Shown: in pieces, positions 34,563 through 43,566 of the stretch
Position numbering within the stretch: position 1 is the first letter of the stretch
How the letters are laid out: every line of letters begins with the position of its first letter
Sequence record: ON075799
Reading direction: 5' to 3' (one strand)
From: Escherichia phage vB_EcoM_TH18
Length of the DNA stretch: 64,000 nucleotides
Position numbers and translations under genes: made by a program
The notes under the pieces: model-generated
What the model saw: the letters and a program-made list of their open reading frames with translations, nothing else
Database searches by the model: none
Told to the model about the DNA's origin: nothing

Positions 34563-34873
34563 ATGTTCATATAATTAACAATATCTTTTATGGTTCTCTT
34601 GCCGTCCAGTGGATAAACCATGTCATCGCTCATCCCACCGTGTTTTAGCATTGCTACCAGCCTAGTATATACCCCTTTTGGTCTTTTGCAAGTTCTTTTC
34701 TTCCATTTATGACCGTCTGGGGAGTACTCCTTATCTTCAAGAGAGATATGAAGTATATCTCCTATAAACTCTTTTGCCTGTGTGCTGTAAAGTGGACGGT
34801 AGAATATGTAGAATTTCATCGCTTGCTCCTTTGTTGTAATAACAATACCAGTGCAAGCCACCTGTGTCAACAC
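34547..34873 (-). CDS. hypothetical protein (108 aa or shorter)
   Basis: ORF only. Confidence 0.45.
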   Translation of the reverse strand: MLTQVACTGIVITTKEQAMKFYIFYRPLYSTQAKEFIGDILHISLEDKEYSPDGHKWKKRTCKRPKGVYTRLVAMLKHGGMSDDMVYPLDGKRTIKDIVNYMNMWVKK

Positions 34874-34908
34874 ATAAAGAAAAACCCGCTAAAAAGCGGG
34901 TTAATCTC

Positions 34909-35190
34909 TTACCATGTTACAAATATGTTTATAGATGTGCCTTGTTTTGTTGGTTGATAGCTAATAATATCCACCATGAAACCACCACCACGAAGATCGC
35001 CAACAATATGAGGCAGGTAATCACCCATTTCCTCCGGGAACTGTAGTGACATACCCATTCCAAATAGACCTTTCTTTGCACATTGGCTTATCCCGTTTAC
35101 TATCTGGTCGTACAGTTCCACCAGAGATTTTGGGGTATCCTTCTTTGACTTGTTCGCTATCTCTCTCATTTTGCTGGCGACATTTGCCAT
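34909..35190 (-). CDS. hypothetical protein (93 aa)
   Basis: AAGAGG ribosome-binding site; overlaps the 3' end of the methyltransferase ORF in another frame. Confidence 0.45.
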   Translation of the reverse strand: MANVASKMREIANKSKKDTPKSLVELYDQIVNGISQCAKKGLFGMGMSLQFPEEMGDYLPHIVGDLRGGGFMVDIISYQPTKQGTSINIFVTW

Positions 35191-35701
35191 CTTTACCTCT
35201 TAAAAAATAGAAAGGCTTCAAATTAAGGGTGTTCTTTTTGTCCCACACATACCATGCATACCCGCTTCCATCTGTCTTACCATCCTCTGTAAAAGATGGT
35301 CTTTGAGAAAGTACAAGCAGAGATGTTGGGGGATTATCTTGCCACCACTCCCACCTTTTCATACTTTCAAGAAAACCAAGACGTAGAAGCATGATAACGA
35401 CATCAGCATCACGTAGAGCTTTCTCAACAAACTCTTGAGCCAGTGAGTATGGAGGGTTAGAGATTATGATGTCTGTGTGATTATACTCTGTTGTCAGATA
35501 ATCAACACCTTGGCGTATTTCTCCCCAAGCACTTCCGATTGGTAGAAAATTATAAATCCTACCGGAAGCTCTGCACGGCTCCATATATTTCTTTTTCATA
35601 TCTATGGGGATGACTTCCAACAGGGCTTCAACAGCCCATACTGGGGTTTCATACGTGTCGTACTCTCTCCGATCACCCTTCCTTTTCAGAGGTGCTACCA
35701 T
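35021..35701 (-). CDS. DNA amino-methyltransferase (N6-adenine or N4-cytosine), NPPY motif
   Basis: IISNPPY catalytic motif and upstream SAM-binding-like segment; C-terminal 50 aa low-complexity, possible frameshift. Confidence 0.6.
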   Translation of the reverse strand: MVAPLKRKGDRREYDTYETPVWAVEALLEVIPIDMKKKYMEPCRASGRIYNFLPIGSAWGEIRQGVDYLTTEYNHTDIIISNPPYSLAQEFVEKALRDADVVIMLLRLGFLESMKRWEWWQDNPPTSLLVLSQRPSFTEDGKTDGSGYAWYVWDKKNTLNLKPFYFLRGKDGKCRQQNERDSEQVKEGYPKISGGTVRPDSKRDKPMCKERSIWNGYVTTVPGGNG

Positions 35702-36648
35702 CAGTTACCAACCTTTTCGATAGTTTCTTTCAAAATATCTTCGGAAACACTAAGAATTTGATTCAGTAGAATGTCTCTTTTGTGTGGTATTACTCTGGTC
35801 TCATTCTCACCATATTGCAGGTTGTTTAATTGCGCAAGAATTTCTTTTAGCTCGTCAACGTTAAAACCATCAAAATCACGGTCGTTCAAAGTTGACATAT
35901 TGAAACTAAAATTCTCGCCACCAACGGTAATGTTCATAAGCATTTCTTGTACCTCACCCTTAGGAACGGCATCTATGTTTTTGGGTGTGACATTCTTAAC
36001 CACTGTTGTTTTTGTGGTTTTTAGGCCAGTTACATACCGCAAACCTTGCTGTTCTCTTCGGATATTCTCTTTATCCAGTAAAGCGGCTTCAGTGCGTACC
36101 AAAATATCTTCTTCTGTCAGCCAAACTTCCCCACCACCTTTAATGGTTTCCATTTCTTCAGGTGTTAGCACATCCTTATAGAAATGATCGAAGACACGAT
36201 CAAAGTAGTCTTTTTGGAACACAGCTTGGCGGTAAATGTTGGATCCGTCCCCGCCTATCCAACCCTGATAGTTATGGAACATAAAAATTGTCAATGGTGA
36301 GACAGTTCTGCGCTCACATGCCAACCATAATACTGTTCCTGCTGAACACACTTGGCCTTCTGCATGAACAATAACCATGGCCTGACTTTCTCGGATGGCG
36401 CTAACGTATGCCATAGCAATAGCAACATCCCCACCCAATGTATTTATAATAATGCGTACTGTATCCTCTGGATTGGCTGCACGAATTGTTTGTAATCGCT
36501 CTTGGTGGTCTTCCAACCAATGCATCTCATTAACGTATATGACATGATTATTAGCATGAGCACGATATGTAAAAACGTTAGCAGTCTCTACACGGTTAAC
36601 ATTAAAACCATTATTCAGTTTTTGCATTACAACCTTCTCCGTTTTCAA
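35701..36648 (-). CDS. ClpP/S14-like serine protease family protein (315 aa)
   Basis: INTLGGDV and GQVCSAGT segments resemble ClpP active-site regions. Confidence 0.5.
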   Translation of the reverse strand: MKTEKVVMQKLNNGFNVNRVETANVFTYRAHANNHVIYVNEMHWLEDHQERLQTIRAANPEDTVRIIINTLGGDVAIAMAYVSAIRESQAMVIVHAEGQVCSAGTVLWLACERRTVSPLTIFMFHNYQGWIGGDGSNIYRQAVFQKDYFDRVFDHFYKDVLTPEEMETIKGGGEVWLTEEDILVRTEAALLDKENIRREQQGLRYVTGLKTTKTTVVKNVTPKNIDAVPKGEVQEMLMNITVGGENFSFNMSTLNDRDFDGFNVDELKEILAQLNNLQYGENETRVIPHKRDILLNQILSVSEDILKETIEKVGN

Positions 36649-37108
36649 TGAGGATGCCCCTCAAAATATGACTATTACTCAAAAGCCAATCTATGTTTAT
36701 GCCACACTCCTCATCAACAATAACTTTGTCGCTGTACATGGAGCACCGGATAACTCTACGGGCATATTCAGCCGCTATAGCTGCTTGGTGTATAATTGTA
36801 AACCTATCGAGATCTTTTTTAGCAAGATAAATGAACTTAGATTTGCCATTCATACAGATAAGGTGCTCTAGCAACTCAATTCTGTTAGAGAACATCAATT
36901 CGGCATCCCTCTTAGCAGCACTTTCAGAATAAAACATACTAGCCAAGAAGCCTTTATTAACAATTCTCAAAGAATTAGCTACTGTGATCATATATCTATT
37001 ATAAAGCTCAGTAGCCATCTCTTCAAACACGTCAGGCTCTACAACCCCACAATTCTGTAACTTTACCAAGGTATCGTTTGTTAAGACACTGTAGACAGTA
37101 CTTTTCAT
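36611..37108 (-). CDS. hypothetical protein (165 aa)
   Basis: ORF only. Confidence 0.5.
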   Translation of the reverse strand: MKSTVYSVLTNDTLVKLQNCGVVEPDVFEEMATELYNRYMITVANSLRIVNKGFLASMFYSESAAKRDAELMFSNRIELLEHLICMNGKSKFIYLAKKDLDRFTIIHQAAIAAEYARRVIRCSMYSDKVIVDEECGINIDWLLSNSHILRGILIENGEGCNAKTE

Positions 37109-37114
37109 TGTCCC

Positions 37115-37444
37115 CTACCTAGCAATTAAATATCGTATCTTTCCGTCATCTTCCTGATACCCGACATCTACAACATAGTATTCTCCAACATCAGGAATCA
37201 ACAACTTATCCCCAACTTCATACTCTTTTTGGGTATGATACACCATTGACTCTGTAAAATATTTGTACTTATTTGTATCGTTAATGTTGCATGAAACTTC
37301 CATTTCTCCGCTCTTGTTGAGGATAAGAATATCCTCACCATTCTTTTTTCCAACCACATAACCGCCAGCCAATGTCTTGACCAAGCACAGTGTTTTATTG
37401 AGTTTGTCTTGGAACTTTGGCAAAAGAGTCCTCCATCTTGTCAA
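37115..37444 (-). CDS. hypothetical protein (109 aa)
   Basis: ORF only. Confidence 0.5.
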   Translation of the reverse strand: MTRWRTLLPKFQDKLNKTLCLVKTLAGGYVVGKKNGEDILILNKSGEMEVSCNINDTNKYKYFTESMVYHTQKEYEVGDKLLIPDVGEYYVVDVGYQEDDGKIRYLIAR

Positions 37445-38039
37445 GGAAAGTTTTTAGGAGTTTTATTCTTTCTGGTGTGTTAAGATTAAGAGTTTTAATC
37501 CCTTTCATTTTGGCAAGGTTGACAGCAGTGGCTGTACCTCCTTTCGGGTTTCCGTTCTTATCTTCTTTTGCAAAGTAAAGCACAAAGGAAGATGGCTTTG
37601 GGTTGTTAATATTCACTCCCAATACTTGATGCACATTCCTGGAATGTAGAGCAAATGCTGCTCTGTTTCTCAGCAATGCTTGTGGGTTTGGATGCACCTT
37701 TTGTACTAACTCATTTCGGTATTCCATTTGCTCGATATACAGATGGTTAATATATTGTAAGTCATAATCCCAGTTATCGTACAAATCAGCTTCTTTATCA
37801 CCAAAACCTTTCCATGGTATGTAAATTTCTGCGAGTCTGTTACCATACAACATCTTTGTTTTATCGTCAAGGCTATTGAAATATCGCTGCATCCCTCTCT
37901 GGAACGCTGCATCGGCTCCTTCTGCCTTACCGCTCCGCAATGTAAACCCTAACCCAGCCAGTCTAAAAGCAGCGTCTTCCATGACGCTGATAACTTCTGG
38001 GGGTGTTTCACGAGAACCTACCCCAGTATAATAACGCAT
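37395..38039 (-). CDS. DprA/Smf-like Rossmann (SLOG) domain protein (214 aa)
   Basis: GVGSRETP ... SGKAEGADAAFQRG resembles the remembered DprA GSR...SGxAxGxDxAAH pattern. Confidence 0.45.
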   Translation of the reverse strand: MRYYTGVGSRETPPEVISVMEDAAFRLAGLGFTLRSGKAEGADAAFQRGMQRYFNSLDDKTKMLYGNRLAEIYIPWKGFGDKEADLYDNWDYDLQYINHLYIEQMEYRNELVQKVHPNPQALLRNRAAFALHSRNVHQVLGVNINNPKPSSFVLYFAKEDKNGNPKGGTATAVNLAKMKGIKTLNLNTPERIKLLKTFLDKMEDSFAKVPRQTQ

Positions 38040-38047
38040 AAACCCCC

Positions 38048-38833
38048 TTATGATGCCATTGGTGTGTAAATACCTTTATCTCTGTCTTTCAACAATCCCT
38101 TGGCGATCTCCTTGACAACACCACCACGGACTACATCCTGTAGTTGATTAAATTGAACAATACCCACACCAGAAATATTATGTCTGTGGAGAAAATCTTC
38201 AACCCATTCCAAACCAGAGACACCACGTATATCTTTTTGACTTTCATCCCCCATGATGACAAGAGTGCAATTATCTGAAATGCGAGTTACAATACTCAGC
38301 ATTTCTTCTGGAGTGCTTTGTTGTGCCTCGTCAATCAGCAGGAAGCTGTTTTCATCAAACGATCTTCCTCTAATACTTTCCAACTCTTGCACCTCGATAC
38401 GTCCATGCAATCCATCTTTCAATGAATTGTAATACGCCCCATCACCCATTCTTTTACGAATTGTGTCGAGCATATTTCTTACGTAAGGATATAGTTTCTC
38501 CAGAGTAGAACCAGGTTTGAAGCCTGAGGTCTTTCCCGTTTGCACATATGGTCTTGCCACAATGATTTTATCTATCTCATTTTTCCTGAGAAGATCAGCA
38601 GCATATGCAGAGGCGAGATATGTCTTTCCTGTTCCAAAGATCCCTTTTGCTATAATGATGTTACAGGTCTTAAGTTTTTGGAGGTAATCTTGTTGCTTTC
38701 TATTCATGGCAACAAGTGCTGGGGCGCTGTTTCTATCTTCATCAAACTTAGGATTGTATTTCATCTTTCTTTCAGCGCGTGCTTTCTTCCTTGCGGCAAG
38801 TTTCAAAGCACGCGTCTCTTTACTTCTTCCCAT
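38048..38833 (-). CDS. phoH: PhoH-like ATPase
   Basis: Walker A GTGKTYLA and overall PhoH-like layout; 261 aa. Confidence 0.8.
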   Translation of the reverse strand: MGRSKETRALKLAARKKARAERKMKYNPKFDEDRNSAPALVAMNRKQQDYLQKLKTCNIIIAKGIFGTGKTYLASAYAADLLRKNEIDKIIVARPYVQTGKTSGFKPGSTLEKLYPYVRNMLDTIRKRMGDGAYYNSLKDGLHGRIEVQELESIRGRSFDENSFLLIDEAQQSTPEEMLSIVTRISDNCTLVIMGDESQKDIRGVSGLEWVEDFLHRHNISGVGIVQFNQLQDVVRGGVVKEIAKGLLKDRDKGIYTPMAS

Positions 38834-38845
38834 CAGAGGGTCTCC

Positions 38846-39550
38846 TTAAGAGTTCAGAACAGATTTAGCTTTATTATAGTATGCAGTTCTTTCAGACAGA
38901 TGGTTTGTCCCACCATTCACAAGTTTTGTTATTTTTACAATATCATCAGCATCACAAGCTGCATTAATATTCCTAGATTGCCAGTACCAACCAGCACTTA
39001 ATACAGCATATTCCGGCTGCTCAAGAAGCTCTGGGTGATTAATCAAATCTATGCCTAGAGCTTTGCCACAATCTCTGTAATTGGCATAACCTGTAATCTG
39101 GATAAGGCCTCTTCCTTTATACTTTGCCCCATCACCATCTTTTTCCGGTGTATTGCCGAGTTTTTTTGCTAGGCTACCTGTGTCATACTTGTCAAAATAG
39201 GAATCATTCCCAAGTTCCCTAACATATTTAAATTCAGCAGATTCAACCCCTATCTGGGATAGGAAACCAGCTATCCTGTTTGTGGTGTTTATATTTGTCT
39301 TTGAGAATAGCTCATTCAGAGGCTCAAGAAATTTAGAATTTCTGTTGGCTTTCGCACCTGTAGGAAAGATCTTATCTAGTTGCGATTGTGTTAGTAGTGT
39401 ATTCCCCCCGTTTGTTGAGTTAGCTTTCTGTATGCATTTTTCCAATGCGGATTTAGTGGCGGGGCCATATATTCCATCAGCCCCTGATTTTCCTACACTA
39501 AAACCACCATTTATCAGCATACGTTGAATTTCGGCTATCGCAGAGTTCAT
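38846..39550 (-). CDS. endolysin: peptidoglycan-binding domain plus GH19 (chitinase-like) catalytic domain
   Basis: N-terminal peptidoglycan-binding repeat (GADGIYGPATKSAL); GRGLIQITGYANY GH19-like motif. Confidence 0.7.
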   Translation of the reverse strand: MNSAIAEIQRMLINGGFSVGKSGADGIYGPATKSALEKCIQKANSTNGGNTLLTQSQLDKIFPTGAKANRNSKFLEPLNELFSKTNINTTNRIAGFLSQIGVESAEFKYVRELGNDSYFDKYDTGSLAKKLGNTPEKDGDGAKYKGRGLIQITGYANYRDCGKALGIDLINHPELLEQPEYAVLSAGWYWQSRNINAACDADDIVKITKLVNGGTNHLSERTAYYNKAKSVLNS

Positions 39551-39565
39551 TTTCCCTCTTCTGTG

Positions 39566-40024
39566 TTAGCCCTCTCCAATTGCCTCACTAAAAGCTGTTT
39601 GAAAACTGGAAGCAACTCCAGCAAGTTTAATCGTAATTCTTTCTTGATAAATTGCATACGCTAGCTCATCTGGCGAGAGAGCTTCTTTCAAATGACCAGC
39701 CATTACACCCATTACTTTCTCAAGTGTATCTTCAGATAACATCTTCTTGAGCCGTTTCTGGGCTGTGTTTAACTCTTTCTCAAGAGTTGGATTAGAGTCT
39801 TTCTTAGCTTGCGCTTTCATCATCTTCATGGAATCAATCATTAACTGAGTGTCCTCAGTCACCTGATTAATCAATCTTGGGAAGATCAATTCTGCGAAAA
39901 TATAGGCCAACTCTTGATGAGTTTTAAGGAGTAAACTATCAATCGCTAGTTTTGGTGCGTACAAGTTTTCTTCATTAATGATATCTGCCATGATATTATC
40001 CTCTACGGGTTGCTCGTGCTGCAT
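39566..40024 (-). CDS. hypothetical protein (152 aa)
   Basis: ORF only. Confidence 0.5.
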   Translation of the reverse strand: MQHEQPVEDNIMADIINEENLYAPKLAIDSLLLKTHQELAYIFAELIFPRLINQVTEDTQLMIDSMKMMKAQAKKDSNPTLEKELNTAQKRLKKMLSEDTLEKVMGVMAGHLKEALSPDELAYAIYQERITIKLAGVASSFQTAFSEAIGEG

Positions 40025-40142
40025 TATCAGCCATTACCTGAAACAATTCCTCTTCGGTAATTTTTCTTTTCTTGCGTTTTCCACTGCGCAGCGCCAGCGC
40101 AAGCTCTTTTTCATATGCTTTTCGTAGAGTTTTCTTACTCAT

Positions 40143-40616
40143 TTAAATCTCCTCTTTCCACAAACCATCTTTTTTAACCCACATTTTTTGGTTATCAGAA
40201 CCCCTGAACCTTTTGGTTGTAGGCTTAGACATATCATACTTACCATCTATAACAATGTCAACAAGATTTTTAATACTTTCAGGTATTTCTTCAAATAAAT
40301 ATCCTGTCCACAGCCAAATGTCTTTATCATCTCCGTAAACTGACCGTACCTTTAAAATAATCTTTATAACACCATCAATATTTTGTGGATCAAGTGGTTC
40401 CCCACCTAAAATTGAGAGTCCTTTTATTTGCTTACGTGCCAAATCCTTTATAATTCTATCTAAGTGTTCGTCTGTAAACATTTCACCATAGCTATATGAC
40501 CAAGCTCTTTGGTTAAAGCATCCGCGACAACAATGACCACATCCGCTAACCCAGAGGGAGCATCGCACTCCCTCCCCGTTGATCATATCTGTTGGTTCAT
40601 AACCGCAGAAATTCAT
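40143..40616 (-). CDS. nrdG: anaerobic ribonucleotide reductase activating protein (radical SAM)
   Basis: CxxxCxxC-type cluster (CGHCCRGC) near the N-terminus; 157 aa; adjacent to nrdD. Confidence 0.8.
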   Translation of the reverse strand: MNFCGYEPTDMINGEGVRCSLWVSGCGHCCRGCFNQRAWSYSYGEMFTDEHLDRIIKDLARKQIKGLSILGGEPLDPQNIDGVIKIILKVRSVYGDDKDIWLWTGYLFEEIPESIKNLVDIVIDGKYDMSKPTTKRFRGSDNQKMWVKKDGLWKEEI

Positions 40617-40993
40617 GTATGTTTCACTCTCTCTACAACTTCTTGCATCTTACCCTTGTTATAAGGACGGCTGTTTGGAGCAGACAAATATCCAGACACA
40701 CGTCTAATCACACTTATTGTTTCTTCATCATGATTGCCACAAGAAGGGCACTCGAATCCCTTAGCTGTGGCCTTGAACTCACCAGAGAAACCACACTCGT
40801 AACATCTATCTACAGGCTGATTTATACCAAAATAAGGGATGTGTTCATATCCATAATCCACTAAGGCTTCCAACGCTTGCATGTTGTTTCTTAGATTAGG
40901 AACTTCCACATAACCTATGTTACCACCATTGCTTATCTCAGCAAACCCACATTCATAATCCCATTTGGAGAATGGATCAGACGTTTTCCACAC
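40613..40993 (-). CDS. nrdD: anaerobic ribonucleoside-triphosphate reductase NrdD, C-terminal segment (exon 3; frame open upstream to about 41116)
   Basis: Zn ribbon CYECGF...CPSCG and glycyl-radical motif RRVSGYL; upstream in-frame YLTNSFH. Confidence 0.75.
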   Translation of the reverse strand: MWKTSDPFSKWDYECGFAEISNGGNIGYVEVPNLRNNMQALEALVDYGYEHIPYFGINQPVDRCYECGFSGEFKATAKGFECPSCGNHDEETISVIRRVSGYLSAPNSRPYNKGKMQEVVERVKHT

Positions 40994-41092
40994 TGGTTGA
41001 TGAAACGAGTTTGTCAGATAATCTCTTTCGATTAATCCTGGGTATGCTTCTTTAAGTTTTGTGGCAAATTTATAACACAGAGATTCTGCCGA

Positions 41093-41379
41093 TGTACCGC
41101 TGCTTTCGCAGTATTTTCACGGACTAGACTATATCACGATCTTGTGACCACTCACAAGACCCTCCACATTTCGCCATTCAAGGCTACTCTACTCGCTTCT
41201 TCACATCAGGTGAAGCTGATGCTATGCTTTCGATAGTCGTTAGAGACAATCTCTTGCCTACGGGGTTAGCTCTGCCCCAACAGGGTTTAGCCTTTCTTAC
41301 CAGCTTATTGTTTATTCAGCTATGCCCGTTTAGTGGAGTTATTCGACAACCATCACTGGTTGAAGGCCCAATTGTGTTT
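41093..41379 (-). other. intervening sequence B in nrdD (about 290 nt, no ORF); candidate group I intron
   Basis: Conserved NrdD motifs FSLYGTP and SAESLC...YLTNSFH are separated by non-coding sequence with stops in frame; boundaries approximate. Confidence 0.45.
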
Positions 41380-41871
41380 AGGCGTGCCATATAGGCTAAA
41401 TGCTAAACCACTTCGCTCTTTAAAATCAGCACAAATATCCTTCATATATTTCAAGATATTCATTGCCATCTCTTTACGAACTGGTTCGCCATACAAAATT
41501 TCAACTGCTTCATAAAGACCCACATAGCCAATACTGATTGATGCGTAGCCATTAAAGAAGAGTTTACTAATCTTTTCATCAGGTCCGAGCCGTGCAATAG
41601 CCCCCTCCATAAACATTGTGGGATTCTGGGATGCTTTTACATCCATCAATCTACCGACTCTAACCATGTGCGCTTTATACGCCATTTCCATGTGCTTTTC
41701 AAGCAATTCGGTAAACAGAGTTTTCTTAGATTTTGCTTCTGCTGCAATCATAGGTAAGTTTAGAGAGACAACACCAAGATTGAATCTACCATCATATTTC
41801 TCACCATGTTCTGTTGCATAATAAGATAAGAAACTTCTACACATTATGTTCGAAGTGGTTCGCAAGGCCAC
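41353..41871 (-). CDS. nrdD: NrdD, middle segment (exon 2)
   Basis: Contains MCRSFL and NLGVVSLNLP motifs as remembered from class III RNR. Confidence 0.7.
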   Translation of the reverse strand: MALRTTSNIMCRSFLSYYATEHGEKYDGRFNLGVVSLNLPMIAAEAKSKKTLFTELLEKHMEMAYKAHMVRVGRLMDVKASQNPTMFMEGAIARLGPDEKISKLFFNGYASISIGYVGLYEAVEILYGEPVRKEMAMNILKYMKDICADFKERSGLAFSLYGTPKHNWAFNQ

Positions 41872-42120
41872 TCCCGCACCACTACGTGCTGCTGCATGTC
41901 ACCATGCAGACCAGACCATATCTTCATGCTTAAAGCATGTCTGCCGTTTGGGGTGTCATCAGCTTACACTCTACATCCCTACATTCATCAGGATTGGTCG
42001 TTAGGCATTTACGGTTGATACCGATTTAGCACGGGATTCCCTCCATAGAGGATTCCCCCGTTTAGGCAGATTTTACATGAGCAGTTATAGTTTACCCATG
42101 CTTGTAACACGCCCGTCTGA
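41845..42120 (-). other. intervening sequence A in nrdD (about 275 nt, no ORF); candidate group I intron
   Basis: Lies between the motifs GDPNYD...KKVTGS (exon 1) and MCRSFL (exon 2); stops in all frames; boundaries approximate. Confidence 0.45.
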
Positions 42121-43260
42121 AGAACCTGTTACCTTTTTATTCAACGGTACAGATATGAAATCTGGATAAATCCTTTCAACACAACACTCCATGGCTAATT
42201 GCTTTAAGTCGTAGTTGGGATCGCCAGGTTTCATGTTTACACCATCTTCCAAGAAGAAGATAACTTTTGGAAAAACAGGTGTGACTTTGTCTTTGCCAAG
42301 TCCGTTTTTGTGAACAAGAAGATAATTCTTTGTAATCATTCTCCCAAAATAGGAAGTATCAAGCCCAAGACTCAAGGTGATAAATGGGCATTGACCGTTA
42401 GCACTCATCAAGGTATTTACCTGATAAAGCAATGTCTGCATAGCATCGTAAACATCTTTTTCCGTCATCTGCATAGCTACACCTTCTGGGTCTGGCAGCC
42501 ATTGCTCCTGACAAAATTTTAGATTTTTATCGTAACTTGCCTTGGCATATTGTTTTAATCCTTCATCAATATGGGTGTATGACTGACCACCATATTGAAC
42601 CGAAGAAACTGATTGGGATATCTGGCTAAGAATGGTACAGGCAACACCTATCGATTTCGGCTTTTCTATTTTTGCATTGCCAATTTTAAAACCGTTCTCC
42701 AACATATCCCTATAATTTACAAGACTGCAATTAGTTAATGGGCTTATCAAATAATCTAAGTCATGTATATGACCATAACCATTTGTATGCCATTCAGCCA
42801 ATTCTTTTGGTAGAATTTGAGTTAGTGAGACGTGCTTGCTAAGGATACCCGCGAGAAGATCACGATGGCTACTAACCACCCCACTTGGTTTATTAGCGTT
42901 TTCTTTAGTAAATTCATCGGCAGTTTGTTCTAAGAATCCCGTAATATCTGCAAACAGTTTTCCTTTACCTTCCCTAACGTTATCACGCGTTTTACGATAT
43001 TCAATATACGCCCGTGCAGCGTTCTTGAGGTCAAGATCCATTAGTGAATCTTCCACAATGCGGTGAATATCACAAACAGCCACTTTCTCTTGCGGTGGTT
43101 CTGATTTTTCCAGAGTTTCATAGGCTTGCTCGCCAACTGCACACGCCAGAGGATATGATTTCTCACCATAACCAGCAGCAATTAAAGCGGCTTCTGCCGC
43201 TTTAATAACTTTCACACCATCATAATCTTCTTCACGCCCATCACGTTTAACAACTTTCAT
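42085..43260 (-). CDS. nrdD: NrdD, N-terminal segment (exon 1, ATP-cone plus catalytic core start)
   Basis: N-terminal MKVVKRDGREEDYD ATP-cone-like start; GDPNYD motif near the end. Confidence 0.75.
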   Translation of the reverse strand: MKVVKRDGREEDYDGVKVIKAAEAALIAAGYGEKSYPLACAVGEQAYETLEKSEPPQEKVAVCDIHRIVEDSLMDLDLKNAARAYIEYRKTRDNVREGKGKLFADITGFLEQTADEFTKENANKPSGVVSSHRDLLAGILSKHVSLTQILPKELAEWHTNGYGHIHDLDYLISPLTNCSLVNYRDMLENGFKIGNAKIEKPKSIGVACTILSQISQSVSSVQYGGQSYTHIDEGLKQYAKASYDKNLKFCQEQWLPDPEGVAMQMTEKDVYDAMQTLLYQVNTLMSANGQCPFITLSLGLDTSYFGRMITKNYLLVHKNGLGKDKVTPVFPKVIFFLEDGVNMKPGDPNYDLKQLAMECCVERIYPDFISVPLNKKVTGSSDGRVTSMGKL

Positions 43261-43263
43261 TGT

Positions 43264-43566
43264 TTATTCCCCCAGTTCAGTATTAATAAACGCAATAAAT
43301 TCATCTGCCGTGCCAACATATACAGTATCGACACCGCACTCATAAAAAATCCGTGGGACTGTTTTTGGGATAACAGGAGAGCATTTTAAGACCAATTCCT
43401 CTTTGGTGAAATCTTCTCCTAATTTCTTATAGATAAAGTTAAGTCCTTTTTGTTTTGCAAACTCTTTTGCTCTTACACAATGAGGGCAATTATCTTTCCC
43501 ATAAATTACAAACGTGCATTCTTTAAAGTTCATCTTAAAAATCCCAGATTTCTTCTTCTGCATCAT
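43264..43566 (-). CDS. glutaredoxin/NrdH-like redoxin (CPHC active site)
   Basis: CPHC dithiol motif near the N-terminus; 100 aa; between nrdB and nrdD. Confidence 0.7.
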   Translation of the reverse strand: MMQKKKSGIFKMNFKECTFVIYGKDNCPHCVRAKEFAKQKGLNFIYKKLGEDFTKEELVLKCSPVIPKTVPRIFYECGVDTVYVGTADEFIAFINTELGE

